Part shown: positions 10,458 to 20,608 of the stretch, piece after piece
Numbering within the stretch: position 1 is the first letter of the stretch
Layout of the letters: the number at the start of each line of letters is the position of its first letter
Translations under genes and position numbers: made by a program
The notes under the pieces: generated by a model
What the model saw: the letters and a program-made list of their open reading frames with translations, nothing else
Database searches by the model: none
Told to the model about the DNA's origin: nothing
Assembly (NCBI GenBank): GCA_040758355.1
Contig: JBFLWF010000013.1
Location: 10,688-74,687, forward strand
Direction: 5' to 3'
Origin: Nitrospirota bacterium
GTDB taxonomy: Bacteria > Nitrospirota > Thermodesulfovibrionia > Thermodesulfovibrionales > Dissulfurispiraceae
DNA length: 64,000 bases

Positions 10458-11297
10458 ATGAGAAGGCTCGGTGTCCATACATCCATAGCAGGCGGTGTGC
10501 ATCTTTCTATTGAGAGGGCAAAAGAGTTGGGATGCAACACCGTCCAGATATTTTCCCACAACCCAAGACAATGGCTCGTGAAAGAGATACCCGCAGATTC
10601 AATTTCAAGATTTAAAAAACTACGAAAAACATACGATATAAGTCCAGCTTTCATTCACACCTCTTATCTCATAAACCTCGCTGCTTCGGATAACGCCATC
10701 CTTAAAAAATCAATAGAGATGCTGATTCAAGAAATGGATATCGCAGACTTGTTGGATGCCGATTATGTGATACTCCATACAGGCAGCGCATCTCAGGATT
10801 CAGAAGAAGTCGGCCGTAAAAGGGCAATAGAGGCACTAAAAAGGGTGGCAAGTGAGAAATATTGGAAAGCTAAACTTCTCCTTGAAAATACTGCCGGAGA
10901 GAGGGGAGACGTATCATCACACATAAAAGACATTGCAGAGATTATTGATAAGACAGGCAGTCCTCTGATAGGAGGCGTGGTAATCGATACATGCCATGCC
11001 TTTGCAGCGGGTTATGACATAAAAAATGAAAAGGGTTTGTCAGAGTTTATAAAAGAAATAGCGGTACATATCGGATTAAACAATGTAAAACTCATTCACC
11101 TCAATGATTCAAAAAAAGGCCACAACTCCCATGTAGACAGGCATGAGCATATCGGACACGGTGGCATCGGCAAAGAAGGATTGAAAAAATTCATAAACCA
11201 TCCTGCCTTTAAAAATATTCCCTTAATACTCGAAACCCCTAAGAAGGGTGAAGAGGATGATCCGAGAAATCTGAAGATCGTTAGAAGTTTACTGTAA
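10458..11297 (+). CDS. nfo: Endonuclease IV
   Basis: GVHTSIAGG, HTSYLINL, LLENTAG, DTCHAF, HLNDS, DRHEHIG and LETP motifs. Confidence 0.95.
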   Translation: MRRLGVHTSIAGGVHLSIERAKELGCNTVQIFSHNPRQWLVKEIPADSISRFKKLRKTYDISPAFIHTSYLINLAASDNAILKKSIEMLIQEMDIADLLDADYVILHTGSASQDSEEVGRKRAIEALKRVASEKYWKAKLLLENTAGERGDVSSHIKDIAEIIDKTGSPLIGGVVIDTCHAFAAGYDIKNEKGLSEFIKEIAVHIGLNNVKLIHLNDSKKGHNSHVDRHEHIGHGGIGKEGLKKFINHPAFKNIPLILETPKKGEEDDPRNLKIVRSLL

Positions 11298-11303
11298 CTA
11301 AAT

Positions 11304-11609
11304 CAGCGGTAAGGATGGGTCTCTGGAGTGAATAGCTGAGTTTTGGAAACGGTTCTTTGCAAGTGGATCGCCAGGCAATGGCATAATCTCTCCGCTTCAT
11401 TCTCGAATGGCATCCAGCCATTCTCCGAAGCAAAGACAGCCCGCTTAGTCATCCATGCTACGCTTGGGCTGTCCAAGTCGCTTCGAGACCATACCATTGC
11501 CTGACAGACGCAAGTGTCTGAGCGAAGCGAGTTTTGCGGCTGTAGCGGAAGGAGCATTAGAACTGTCAAAACTTAGCTCCTGAACGGAAGAGACTTATCC
11601 TTACCGCTG
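11304..11609 (+). repeat. Structured dispersed repeat / candidate ncRNA or MITE, copy 1
   Basis: 13-bp terminal inverted repeat CAGCGGTAAGGAT...ATCCTTACCGCTG with nested stems; homologous to the reverse complement of 60061-60274. Confidence 0.85.
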
Positions 11610-11620
11610 GATGCTAAAAA

Positions 11621-12499
11621 CTACGCTACTATCTCTGTCCCTATTCCCTCTTTTGTGAATATTTCCAAAAGCAGGCAGTGCGGAGTCCTGCCGTCAACGA
11701 TATGCGTCTTTTTCACGGCGCCATCCAATGCGCGTGTGCATGCCTGAACTTTTGGGAGCATGCCTCCTGAAACAGTGCCGTCATCGATGAGTTTCTTAAT
11801 GCCTTTTTTATTAACTGACGATATTACATCGCCCTTTTTATTCTTTATCCCCGGCACATCCGTAAGCAGTATAAGCTTCTCTGCCTTCAAGGCCGACGCA
11901 ATAGCGGAAGCCACATAATCGGCATTAATGTTAAATGCCTCGCCTTTACTCCCGACGCCGATAGGTGAGATAACAGGTATAAAACCGTCCCGTTCAAGGG
12001 AATTCAGTATTTCAGGGTCAACTGATTCAACCTCACCGACCAATCCAATGTCGATTATTTCTTCGTCTCCTGTATCGGTAGCCTTCTTTATGACTTTCTT
12101 CTTCGCCTTTATAAGACCTCCGTCTTTACCGCTCAATCCCGCCGCCTTGCCGCCGTGACTGTTTATCAATGCAACTATCTCTTTATTTATAAGCCCTCCA
12201 AGCACCATTTCCACAATATCCATAGTCTCTTTATCAGTCACGCGCTGGCCATGAATGAATGTGGGCTCCTTGCCCATCTTCTTCATGGTCTGGCTAATTT
12301 TAGGCCCTCCGCCGTGAATTATGACTGGCTTGATGCCGATAAAGTTCAAAAGAACCACATCCTGTGCAAAGGAATCTTTTAAGTCTTCTTCTGTCTGTGC
12401 AGCCCCGCCGTATTTTATTACAAATGTCTTCCCATAAAAATTGCGGATATACGGCAATGACTCAATTAAAATATTCGCCTTTTCAATAAGTTTTTTCAT
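11621..12499 (-). CDS. argB: Acetylglutamate kinase
   Basis: [18 protein letters not shown] and GGMLPKV motifs. Confidence 0.96.
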   Translation of the reverse strand: MKKLIEKANILIESLPYIRNFYGKTFVIKYGGAAQTEEDLKDSFAQDVVLLNFIGIKPVIIHGGGPKISQTMKKMGKEPTFIHGQRVTDKETMDIVEMVLGGLINKEIVALINSHGGKAAGLSGKDGGLIKAKKKVIKKATDTGDEEIIDIGLVGEVESVDPEILNSLERDGFIPVISPIGVGSKGEAFNINADYVASAIASALKAEKLILLTDVPGIKNKKGDVISSVNKKGIKKLIDDGTVSGGMLPKVQACTRALDGAVKKTHIVDGRTPHCLLLEIFTKEGIGTEIVA

Positions 12500-12587
12500 A
12501 GTCTAACCTCACATGAATCTATTTGCCTTTTTTCTTTTCGATATATTCTACTAAAAGCACCTTATCTGTTGGAATTCATAACGACCC

Positions 12588-13034
12588 CTAAATTTTGGCC
12601 ATTTTATTCAACAACTCATTCGAAACATAAAAGCCCATTTCTTTTAATTCCTTTACCTTCTCAAATGCGCTACTTATCAATCCCGTTTTCTCTGCTTTTA
12701 GCAATAGTCCAATAGTTCCGCTGACAGTCAACCCAAAGTCTTCAGCAATCTTGCGGGCTTTTAAATCGTCTATTAAGACATTCGCTCCCGATTCATAAGC
12801 AAGTGCTATAACTTCAGCTTCTCCCCGTCCCAGATTTAAATCTTGTGTTAATACTTTAATTAGTTTACTCTTAATCTTTCTTTTCGAGTAACATTCAATA
12901 TTAACATTGCCAAACTCGGCAATAACGCCTTCAGGCAGGATAATTTCTTTATACAGCTTACATAAGATCTGTAGGAGGTTTATTTTTTCGAGCGCTATAA
13001 GGACAGAGGCATCTAAGATAACCGATTCATGCAT
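12588..13034 (-). CDS. PIN-domain protein (DUF3368-like), putative toxin
   Basis: ILDASVLI, LGRGEAEVIALA, LIDDLKAR and GTIGLL motifs. Confidence 0.85.
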   Translation of the reverse strand: MHESVILDASVLIALEKINLLQILCKLYKEIILPEGVIAEFGNVNIECYSKRKIKSKLIKVLTQDLNLGRGEAEVIALAYESGANVLIDDLKARKIAEDFGLTVSGTIGLLLKAEKTGLISSAFEKVKELKEMGFYVSNELLNKMAKI

Positions 13035-13254
13035 TGCGTAATTCTTTATTTAGGTCGAGTTTTTCGTATTTTACAGGAGCTATTCCTTTATGCACCAAGA
13101 CTTCCGCAAATGCCTTCTCGGAATAACCAGCTATTTCTGATGCCTTTCCAAGGGAGACAACGCCATCTTCAAAAAGTTTTATGGCAAGCAGTAATTTCAA
13201 TTCATCTTCTTTTATATTGAGTTCAGGGAGGCTAACAGTCATGCCCATACGCAC
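13027..13254 (-). CDS. UPF0175 family putative antitoxin
   Basis: LAIKLFEDGVVSLGKASEIAG; overlaps the PIN gene start. Confidence 0.85.
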   Translation of the reverse strand: MRMGMTVSLPELNIKEDELKLLLAIKLFEDGVVSLGKASEIAGYSEKAFAEVLVHKGIAPVKYEKLDLNKELRNA

Positions 13255-13474
13255 TTCTCCTTATTAATTTAACTTTTCGAAAACCAGATTCTTCCAGCAC
13301 ATCCTCTAATGTTCCCATCTGTTCGCATTCTTCAACAAATGCCTCTATTGCCTCTTTTAGAGATGCCTTCGCCTCATCTATCGTCTCACCAAAGCTTGAC
13401 ACATTTAATTCTGGAGCAAGTGCTACATAAACATCATCTTCTTTAAATATCTCGGCCTTTAAGTGAATGTTCAT
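13232..13474 (-). CDS. HicB-like antitoxin (orphan)
   Basis: YVALAPELNVSSFGETIDEAKASLKEAI is a HicB RNase-H-like signature; no hicA adjacent. Confidence 0.8.
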   Translation of the reverse strand: MNIHLKAEIFKEDDVYVALAPELNVSSFGETIDEAKASLKEAIEAFVEECEQMGTLEDVLEESGFRKVKLIRRSAYGHDC

Positions 13475-13522
13475 CTATAAAGAACCTCCTCTAACCTCTT
13501 GGCTACATTATATCACAGAATG

Positions 13523-14104
13523 TTACGCCTCAAAACAAGGTATGCACACGATCTTTCCATCTTTCACTCTCGCCTTTGGCTCCGCTACTTTTTCCCCGCA
13601 CATCTCGCATTTGACGCTTGGGTATATCTTCGCCTCTGCAGGAAGCTGCATTTTTAATCTTGTCATTTTCAACAGTTCCGAATCGGGCGCATCGAGTATC
13701 GCCTTCATCTTCTTTGCCTTCCTATTATGAACAGCCTTTAATACATCAGAACGGTCACCTTCAGAATATCTCTTCCACATTTCCTTTTCTTCCTCTGTTT
13801 CTTCAGGCAAAGCTAAGTCTATAGAGATTCTGACTGCATCTCCCGATGGTCTCTTAATGAATGTATAAACCTGCTTGCCGTAATCCTTAAATATTAGATT
13901 TCCCTTTCCGAAAGTACAGCCTGTAAGCACTTGAATTGCGTCCACAGCGCATGAATCGTTTTCCACTATTGCCACTACTTCCTCGTCCTCAGAGATATTT
14001 TCCATATTCAGTTCTTTTACTGCTGCAACTGCAACCCTGTAGCCAAAGGCGAGGCCGGGGCAACTATGACCGTGAAATTTTACGACATCATCGAATGCTT
14101 TCAT
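13523..14104 (-). CDS. FmdE family protein with C-terminal zinc finger
   Basis: FHGHSCPGL, ENDSCAVDAIQVLTGCTFGKGNL, CEMC...CIPC. Confidence 0.9.
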   Translation of the reverse strand: MKAFDDVVKFHGHSCPGLAFGYRVAVAAVKELNMENISEDEEVVAIVENDSCAVDAIQVLTGCTFGKGNLIFKDYGKQVYTFIKRPSGDAVRISIDLALPEETEEEKEMWKRYSEGDRSDVLKAVHNRKAKKMKAILDAPDSELLKMTRLKMQLPAEAKIYPSVKCEMCGEKVAEPKARVKDGKIVCIPCFEA

Positions 14105-14108
14105 AATC

Positions 14109-14906
14109 TTATATCTGCTGCTCGAATTTTGTTATCAGCACATTATACCCTTCATTGGCAAGGGCATTTCCTATTTTCTGTGCATCTACTTTGTTATTAA
14201 ACTTCCCAATCCTTACCCTGTAATATTTGGCGCCGCCCACATTGGCCTCAATTATATAAACATGCTTATAATTCAGTTCCATCGCCGTCTTAAGCCTCTT
14301 TGCATTTGACTCGTCTTTAAAAGAGCCGACCTGAATCGTCAAAGTGCCGCTGGATACCCCGTATCTAATATACTTTACATATCGCAAATCCCTTCCCAAG
14401 GGCTCTATCATCACGGCACCTGTGCCAGGCCCCACAAGGTCTATCTTTTTTGCCGCTGCATAAGAGAGGTCAAGGTCACGGCCGGGAATAAAGGGACCTC
14501 TGTCATTCACGACACATTCTACATCCTTGTTGTTCTGGGGGTTAACAACCTTGAGTTTTGTTCCAAAGGGATACTCCTTGTGGGCGCAGGTTAAAGCATA
14601 CATATTGAACAATTCCCCCGATGATGTCGGTCTGCCGTGAAAATCTGGGCCATACCATGACGCAACAATCCTTTTCCTGTCACCTTTGAACGCCTCAAAT
14701 CCCTGCGGCTCTTGTTCTTTTTCGACCTTCTTTTCAGGAGGCGTAGCCGATGGCGTTACAGGGACTGTCTCATATCGTGCAGCAGTGCAAGAAGAAAGGT
14801 AAAAGGCGATAGGCAATAGGCAACAGGCAAGGAACATCGACTTCTGTCGTTTTACTCTTGACCCTTTACCCTTGACCCTAAAGTATGTATCTGCTGAGGT
14901 CTTCAT
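14109..14906 (-). CDS. rlpA: RlpA family septal lytic transglycosylase lipoprotein with SPOR domain (start uncertain)
   Basis: Lipobox [32 protein letters not shown] motif IQVGSF. Confidence 0.9.
   Translation of the reverse strand: MKTSADTYFRVKGKGSRVKRQKSMFLACCLLPIAFYLSSCTAARYETVPVTPSATPPEKKVEKEQEPQGFEAFKGDRKRIVASWYGPDFHGRPTSSGELFNMYALTCAHKEYPFGTKLKVVNPQNNKDVECVVNDRGPFIPGRDLDLSYAAAKKIDLVGPGTGAVMIEPLGRDLRYVKYIRYGVSSGTLTIQVGSFKDESNAKRLKTAMELNYKHVYIIEANVGGAKYYRVRIGKFNNKVDAQKIGNALANEGYNVLITKFEQQI
14797..14879. repeat. Two opposed heptamer arrays (AGGCAAT-type and CTTGACC-type) at the hslU/rlpA junction
   Basis: aggtaaa aggcgat aggcaat aggcaac aggcaag ... ttttact cttgacc ctttacc cttgacc. Confidence 0.7.
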
Positions 14907-16221
14907 CCTTCACCACATCTGAAAGTTTCTTTCTTACATATTGCCTGTCTATGACAATCTTTTCATCCTTCATTTCAGGCGCATCAAAGGATATGTCCTC
15001 AAGAAGCCTCTCGATCACTGTGTGAAGCCTTCGTGCTCCAATGTTCTCTGTCTTTTCATTCACCGTAACAGCAATGTCTGCTATTTCATCAATGGCATCT
15101 TCTGTAAATTCGAGTTTTACATCCTCTGTCTCAAGAAGTGCTGTGTATTGTTTTATCAGCGCATTATGCGGCTCTGTGAGTATTCTTACAAAATCATCCT
15201 TGCCAAGAGATTCAAGTTCAACCCTTATGGGAAACCTTCCCTGAAGCTCGGGAATGAGGTCAGACGGCTTGGCTATATGGAAAGCGCCGGCAGCGATAAA
15301 CAGTATATGCTCTGTCCTGACAGGACCATGTTTTGTGGCAACTGTTGACCCCTCCACGATTGGCAGCAGATCTCTCTGAACTCCCTCCCTCGACACATCA
15401 GGACCATGGCCATGACCCCTGCTCGCAACCTTGTCTATCTCATCTATAAAAACAATCCCTGCCTGCTCTACCCTCTCTATGGCCTCCTTTGTAACCTTTT
15501 CCATATCTATAAGCTTGCTTGCCTCCTCCTGTGTGAGCATGGCTAATGCTTCAGGGACCTTAACCTTCTTCCTCTTCGACTTCTCGGGCATAAAGCTTCC
15601 GAGCATCTCTTTGAGATTAATTTCCAGTTCTTCTAATCCTACATTGGATATAACGCCAAATGGCATCATCTTTTCTCTGACCTCGATATCCACATATCTG
15701 GAATCAAGTTTTCCTCCCCTCAGTTGCATCCTCAGCCGCTCTCTTGTATCTTTGTAGCTTTCCTTCTCTTCCTCCTCTGAAGCAGCAACCCCTCTAACAG
15801 GTCTCGGAGGCGGTAATAAAAGGTCGAGAACCCTGTCTTCGGCGAGGGTCTTTGCCTTCTCCTGCACCTTTTCCATATGCTCTGTCTTAACCATGTTCAT
15901 GGCAATTTCGGTGAGGTCCCTTATCATTGACTCCACATCCCTGCCCACATAGCCTACTTCCGTAAATTTCGATGCCTCTATTTTCAGGAAAGGCGCATTG
16001 GCAAGCCGCGCAAGCCTTCTCGCAATCTCGGTCTTACCGACGCCTGTCGGGCCTATCATGATAATGTTTTTAGGCAGCACCTCGTCCTTCAGGTCGGGAG
16101 AGAGCCGCTGTCTTCTCCATCTGTTCCTCAAAGCTATTGCAACTGCCTTTTTAGCGTTATCCTGACCAATGATATACTTATCCAACTCTCCTACTATTTT
16201 TTTAGGTGTAAAGTTATCCAT
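14878..16221 (-). CDS. hslU: ATP-dependent protease ATPase subunit HslU
   Basis: [22 protein letters not shown] and GARRL motifs. Confidence 0.98.
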   Translation of the reverse strand: MDNFTPKKIVGELDKYIIGQDNAKKAVAIALRNRWRRQRLSPDLKDEVLPKNIIMIGPTGVGKTEIARRLARLANAPFLKIEASKFTEVGYVGRDVESMIRDLTEIAMNMVKTEHMEKVQEKAKTLAEDRVLDLLLPPPRPVRGVAASEEEEKESYKDTRERLRMQLRGGKLDSRYVDIEVREKMMPFGVISNVGLEELEINLKEMLGSFMPEKSKRKKVKVPEALAMLTQEEASKLIDMEKVTKEAIERVEQAGIVFIDEIDKVASRGHGHGPDVSREGVQRDLLPIVEGSTVATKHGPVRTEHILFIAAGAFHIAKPSDLIPELQGRFPIRVELESLGKDDFVRILTEPHNALIKQYTALLETEDVKLEFTEDAIDEIADIAVTVNEKTENIGARRLHTVIERLLEDISFDAPEMKDEKIVIDRQYVRKKLSDVVKDEDLSRYIL

Positions 16222-16747
16222 TTAACTCCTCTAATGTTATATTCTTATTCGTGTAAATGCATATATCCGCTGCTATATCCATAGCCTTTTTCACTATCTC
16301 AGCTGCATTAAGGTCTGTAGTTTCGTACAATGCCCTTGCTGCTGCCTGTGCATAGGGACCGCCGGAACCGATGGCTGCAACGCCGTCTTCAGGCTCGATG
16401 ACATCGCCTGTCCCCGAAAGTATAAGTGTATGTTCATTATCGGCAACAATGAGCAGTGCCTCAAGTCTCCTTAGAATCTTATCTGTCCGCCAGTCCTTTG
16501 CAAGCTCCACAGCGGCCCTCGTGATATTTCCCCTGTATGATTCGAGCTTTGATTCAAACTTCTCGAAGAGCGTAAAGGCGTCTGCAGTGGCTCCGGCAAA
16601 GCCTGCGAGTATTTTATCATTATACATTTTTCTTGTCTTTTTGGCATTATGCTTCAATACCGTATTCCCCATCGTCACCTGCCCGTCGCTGGCAATGGCA
16701 ACCTTTCCGTTACGCCTTACGCATAGAATCGTTGTCCCGTGAAACAT
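16214..16747 (-). CDS. hslV: ATP-dependent protease subunit HslV
   Basis: N-terminal TTIL, DGQVT, GSGG. Confidence 0.98.
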   Translation of the reverse strand: MFHGTTILCVRRNGKVAIASDGQVTMGNTVLKHNAKKTRKMYNDKILAGFAGATADAFTLFEKFESKLESYRGNITRAAVELAKDWRTDKILRRLEALLIVADNEHTLILSGTGDVIEPEDGVAAIGSGGPYAQAAARALYETTDLNAAEIVKKAMDIAADICIYTNKNITLEELNG

Positions 16748-16750
16748 GCT

Positions 16751-17725
16751 TTATTTTCCTCCTTTTCTTTCTTCTACTTTGTCTGCAACAGGGTTCCCAT
16801 GAAAATTTTTCGCAGAAAAATTTTCATGGGACATAGGGTGTGCCTTATCATAAACATCGATCAAATGTCCTATATCGAGATGTGTGTACTTCTGTGTTGT
16901 CGAAAGTGACGAGTGCCCCAGAAGCTCCTGAATCACCCTCAAATCCGCACCCCCAAACAAGAGATGTGTTGCAAATGTATGTCTTAATGTATGCGGGCCT
17001 ATCTGCCCATCAATGCCGATTGCGCGGGCATATTTAACCACAATCCTTCTTATCTGTCTGTCTGTCAGCCTTTCGCCATTCCTGTTCAAAAAGAGTGCGT
17101 TATCGCTGTCAGAAATCGATTTCTTCTTCTTGTAAAGCTTCCTTTCGATCAAATAAGATTTCAATGAATCCATGGCCTTGTTGCCGACAGGGACAATCCT
17201 CTCCTTCTTACCCTTTCCTTTAGCCTTTACCATTCCTTCCCTCGTATTCAGGTCATCGATATTAAGACCGGCAATTTCGCTGACCCTCAAACCGCTGGAA
17301 TAAAGCAACTCCAGAATTGCCCTGTCACGCACCGGGAGGAGTCCTATTCCTTCGGGTGTCTGAACAAGATTGAACGCATCGTCCACGGACAGGAAATTAG
17401 GCAGGTGTTTTGATGTCTTTGGAGCAGGGACAAGCTTGGCCTGATTGATCTTTACATAACCTTCCTGATAGAGGTAACTGAAAAACGACCTTAATGTTGC
17501 AAGCTTCCTTGAAACAGTGGTTTTTGATTTTCCTTTATTTATCTGTTCAGAAATAAAGCCCCTTATATCTATCATATCTATATCTCCGGGTTGCGCATGG
17601 CAGTATTCGGAGAAGTCCTTTAAATCCCTCTCGTATGCCCTGAGTGTATGTACAGAGACATTCCTCTCTATCCCAAGGTATTTCAAAAATTTTTTAATAT
17701 ATATCTCTAATCCTTCGTCTGCCAT
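16751..17725 (-). CDS. xerC: Tyrosine recombinase XerC
   Basis: GLRVSE, KGKGKKER, HTLRHTFATH, LGH...TQKY; sits in the conserved trmFO-xerC-hslVU context. Confidence 0.9.
   Translation of the reverse strand: MADEGLEIYIKKFLKYLGIERNVSVHTLRAYERDLKDFSEYCHAQPGDIDMIDIRGFISEQINKGKSKTTVSRKLATLRSFFSYLYQEGYVKINQAKLVPAPKTSKHLPNFLSVDDAFNLVQTPEGIGLLPVRDRAILELLYSSGLRVSEIAGLNIDDLNTREGMVKAKGKGKKERIVPVGNKAMDSLKSYLIERKLYKKKKSISDSDNALFLNRNGERLTDRQIRRIVVKYARAIGIDGQIGPHTLRHTFATHLLFGGADLRVIQELLGHSSLSTTQKYTHLDIGHLIDVYDKAHPMSHENFSAKNFHGNPVADKVEERKGGK
16795..16831. repeat. Perfect 17-bp inverted repeat with 3-nt loop inside the xerC 3' end
   Basis: TCCCATGAAAATTTTTC gca GAAAAATTTTCATGGGA. Confidence 0.9.
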
Positions 17726-19050
17726 AAATCCTTAGCCTCGCCTTTAATTTTATTAATATACTCCGTCCATTCCTTTAATGCAATCTCCGCAAGCCTCTGC
17801 CTTCTGAGCCTTTTATCCCTCATTTTTAAAATATCTTCATTAACCTGCATCAGACCGAAATTTATATTGCTCGGCTGGAAATGTTCCGTGTCGGACTCTG
17901 TTATATGAGCAATCAGAGAGCCGTGAGCAGATTCCCTCGGCGGATAAGCAACCTCTTTCCCAATTATCCTCCTTGCTGCGTTTATTCCTGCTATCAAACC
18001 CATTGCCGTTGACTCTATGTATCCCTCAACGCCTGTGATCTGTCCGGCAAGATAAATGTTGCTTTTTTCTTTTAATGTAAGGTCTGCATTCAGATGCCTC
18101 GGTGAATTTATGAATGTATTACGGTGAATGCTCCCGAATCTCATAAATTCTGCATTCTCAAGACATGGTATCATCCTGAATACCTTTTTCTGTTCAGGCC
18201 ATTTCAGCCTTGTCTGGAAGCCGACCATATTGTAAGCGGTCTTTTCCATGTTTTCGGGCCTCAACTGAACAACGGCATATGGTATCTTTCCTGTCCGCGG
18301 ATCAGGAAGTCCCACGGGTTTTAAAGGACCGAAAACAAGAGTATTCCTTCCTCTTTTTCCCATGACCTCCACAGGCATGCAGCCTTCGAATACCTTTATA
18401 TCCTCAAAATCCCTTGCAGAAACAGTATCCGCTTCCATTAACGCATCATAAAATTGATTGTATTCGTCTTTTGTCATCGGGCAGTTCACATAATCGTCAC
18501 CGCCTTTTCCATATCGTGACGAGAGATAAACCCTTGAGTGATCAATACTTTCAGCATCGATTATGGGGGCTATTGCATCGTAGAAATGGAGATGTTCGTC
18601 TCCGATAACAGACTTAATGGAATCTGCCATTGAATTGGATGTAAGAGGGCCTGTGGCTATGATGGCTATAGTGTCGGGAAGTTCTGTTATCTCTTTTCTG
18701 ACGACTTTTATATTTGGATGGTTCTCTATAATCATGGTTATGAGTTCCGAGAAGATATTCCTGTCAACCGCAAACGCAGAGCCTGCCGGCACTTCTGATT
18801 CCTTTGCTGCCTTCATTATCAGGGAATCTGCGATTTCCAGTTCCTTTTTCAATAGACCAGGGCCGGTAATAATCTCTTTTGACCTCAAAGAATTGGAACA
18901 GACAAGCTCTGATAGCGAAGAGGTCTTATGGGCCTCTGTCATCCTCTCAGGCCTCATCTCAAAAAGCAGGACATTAACACCCTGCCTTGCAGCCTGCCAT
19001 GCAGCCTCGCAGCCCGCAAGACCGCCGCCTATAATAATCAGTTCTTTCAT
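17707..19050 (-). CDS. trmFO: Methylenetetrahydrofolate--tRNA-(uracil-5)-methyltransferase
   Basis: GGGLAGCEAA, ELVCSNS, FEGCMPVE and AGQITGVEGY motifs. Confidence 0.96.
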   Translation of the reverse strand: MKELIIIGGGLAGCEAAWQAARQGVNVLLFEMRPERMTEAHKTSSLSELVCSNSLRSKEIITGPGLLKKELEIADSLIMKAAKESEVPAGSAFAVDRNIFSELITMIIENHPNIKVVRKEITELPDTIAIIATGPLTSNSMADSIKSVIGDEHLHFYDAIAPIIDAESIDHSRVYLSSRYGKGGDDYVNCPMTKDEYNQFYDALMEADTVSARDFEDIKVFEGCMPVEVMGKRGRNTLVFGPLKPVGLPDPRTGKIPYAVVQLRPENMEKTAYNMVGFQTRLKWPEQKKVFRMIPCLENAEFMRFGSIHRNTFINSPRHLNADLTLKEKSNIYLAGQITGVEGYIESTAMGLIAGINAARRIIGKEVAYPPRESAHGSLIAHITESDTEHFQPSNINFGLMQVNEDILKMRDKRLRRQRLAEIALKEWTEYINKIKGEAKDLWQTKD

Positions 19051-19119
19051 ATAAATGTTTTTAATATATCTAATTTTCGATTGACACGGTCAATATACTA
19101 CTGTTATAAATAATAACTT

Positions 19120-20037
19120 ATGATCAATAAAACAGAAAAGATATGGATGGACGGCAAGTTCGTCAACTGGGATGACGCAAAGATCCATATAATGACCCAT
19201 ACCTTGCATTACGGACTCGGTGCATTTGAGGGCATACGCTGCTACAACACGCCGAAGGGGCCTGCAATATTCAAACTCGATGAGCATGTCAAAAGACTCT
19301 TTCAGACAGCGCATATATTTCTCCTAAGCATACCCTTTACCGAAAATGAGATCAAAAAGGCTATCATCGACACGGTTAAAGCAAACAAACTAAAAGAGTG
19401 CTATATCAGACCACTGGTATATATCGGATACGGAGCAATGGGTCTTTATCCAAAGGGCAATCCTATAAATGTCGCTATTGCTGCATGGCCGTGGGGTGCA
19501 TATTTAGGAGAAGAGGGCATTGAGAAGGGAATAAGGGTCAAGGTGTCCTCCTTTATAAGGAACCATGTGAACTCAAACATGTCCAGAGGCAAGGTAAGCG
19601 GCTACTATGTCAATTCACAGATTGCAAAGAAAGAGGCCATATCCAGCGGTTATGACGAAGCTCTTTTGCTCGATACAGAGGGATATATCTCGGAAGGCAG
19701 CGGCGAAAATATCTTTATTGTGAGAAACGGCGTGTTAAAGACAACCCCGCTGACCTCGATTTTAGAAGGCATAACGAGGGGCAGCATCATCACAATAGCA
19801 AAGGATCTCAAGATAGAGGTCAGGGAAGATAGATTCACAAGGGATGAGGTCTATATAGCCGATGAGGCATTCTTCACAGGGACAGCAGCAGAGGTTACAC
19901 CCATCAAGGAACTGGACGGCAGGGCAATCGGAGACGGGAAGAGGGGCAAGATCACGAAAAAATTACAGTCCATCTTCTTCGATATAGTCAAAGGCAAGAA
20001 CAAAAAATACAACTCATGGCTTACCTATATTAGGTAA
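19120..20037 (+). CDS. ilvE: Branched-chain amino acid aminotransferase
   Basis: [28 protein letters not shown] and GTAAEVTP motifs. Confidence 0.96.
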   Translation: MINKTEKIWMDGKFVNWDDAKIHIMTHTLHYGLGAFEGIRCYNTPKGPAIFKLDEHVKRLFQTAHIFLLSIPFTENEIKKAIIDTVKANKLKECYIRPLVYIGYGAMGLYPKGNPINVAIAAWPWGAYLGEEGIEKGIRVKVSSFIRNHVNSNMSRGKVSGYYVNSQIAKKEAISSGYDEALLLDTEGYISEGSGENIFIVRNGVLKTTPLTSILEGITRGSIITIAKDLKIEVREDRFTRDEVYIADEAFFTGTAAEVTPIKELDGRAIGDGKRGKITKKLQSIFFDIVKGKNKKYNSWLTYIR

Positions 20038-20048
20038 TCAATATATTG

Positions 20049-20100
20049 CAAATAAAAAAGGCGACCTAAAATTATCTTGACAGGTCGCCTTTTTTATTTG
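20049..20100. terminator. Bidirectional intrinsic terminator
   Basis: CAAATAAAAAAGGCGACCT...AGGTCGCCTTTTTTATTTG between convergent genes. Confidence 0.85.
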
Positions 20101-20110
20101 CCTTCCAAAA

Positions 20111-20428
20111 TTATTTCTTATGGCATTTTGCACAGTTTGCTGCATCGCTTGACTTAAATGCCTTTGTGCCGTTATGGCATTCGCCGCAGTTCTTGCCTGC
20201 GTTCATGTCTGCCATTGTTATCTTGACAACGCCCTTCTTCATCTGGAATATCTTTGTGTGGCAGTCATTGCATTTGAGTCCTTTGTCTGCATGGCTCTTG
20301 CCGTCAAATACGACCTTTCCCATTGGACCGCCTGCGTACTCACTGGTCTTGCCTGCCGGAACTGCCATTGCGCTGCCGACAAAAACAACTGCTATCAGGA
20401 TTGCCAATACTGCTGTTAAAATTCTCAT
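20111..20428 (-). CDS. Periplasmic triheme c7-type cytochrome
   Basis: Signal peptide and three CxxCH motifs (CNDCH, CGECH, CAKCH). Confidence 0.9.
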   Translation of the reverse strand: MRILTAVLAILIAVVFVGSAMAVPAGKTSEYAGGPMGKVVFDGKSHADKGLKCNDCHTKIFQMKKGVVKITMADMNAGKNCGECHNGTKAFKSSDAANCAKCHKK

Positions 20429-20465
20429 ATGTTCACCCCCTTTCTTTTATTCACTGTATAAATCA

Positions 20466-20481
20466 AGCAACTAACATGCCA
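20466..20481 (-). promoter_or_regulatory. sigma54 (-24/-12) promoter of the triheme cytochrome
   Basis: Minus strand reads TGGCATGTTAGTTGCT, matching TGGCAC-N5-TTGC spacing, 37 nt upstream of the ATG. Confidence 0.75.
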
Positions 20482-20608
20482 TGCATGTTAAGCCTTATTT
20501 TCAAAACGCATGTGCCTGCTGTTTTCCAATTTGAGGATTTTCTTTCCCCTTTAAGGAACTTTTAACTGGGCATTAATATATATGAGCCAATAAAATTTTT
20601 CAAGTATT

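Noticed and set aside
11303..11569. 88-aa ORF on the minus strand
   Set aside because: Lies wholly within the structured repeat, has no recognisable motif, and is not preserved at this length in copy 2.
16751..17725. Tyrosine recombinase as a prophage or island integrase
   Set aside because: It lies in the housekeeping trmFO-xerC-hslVU context with no phage or cargo genes.
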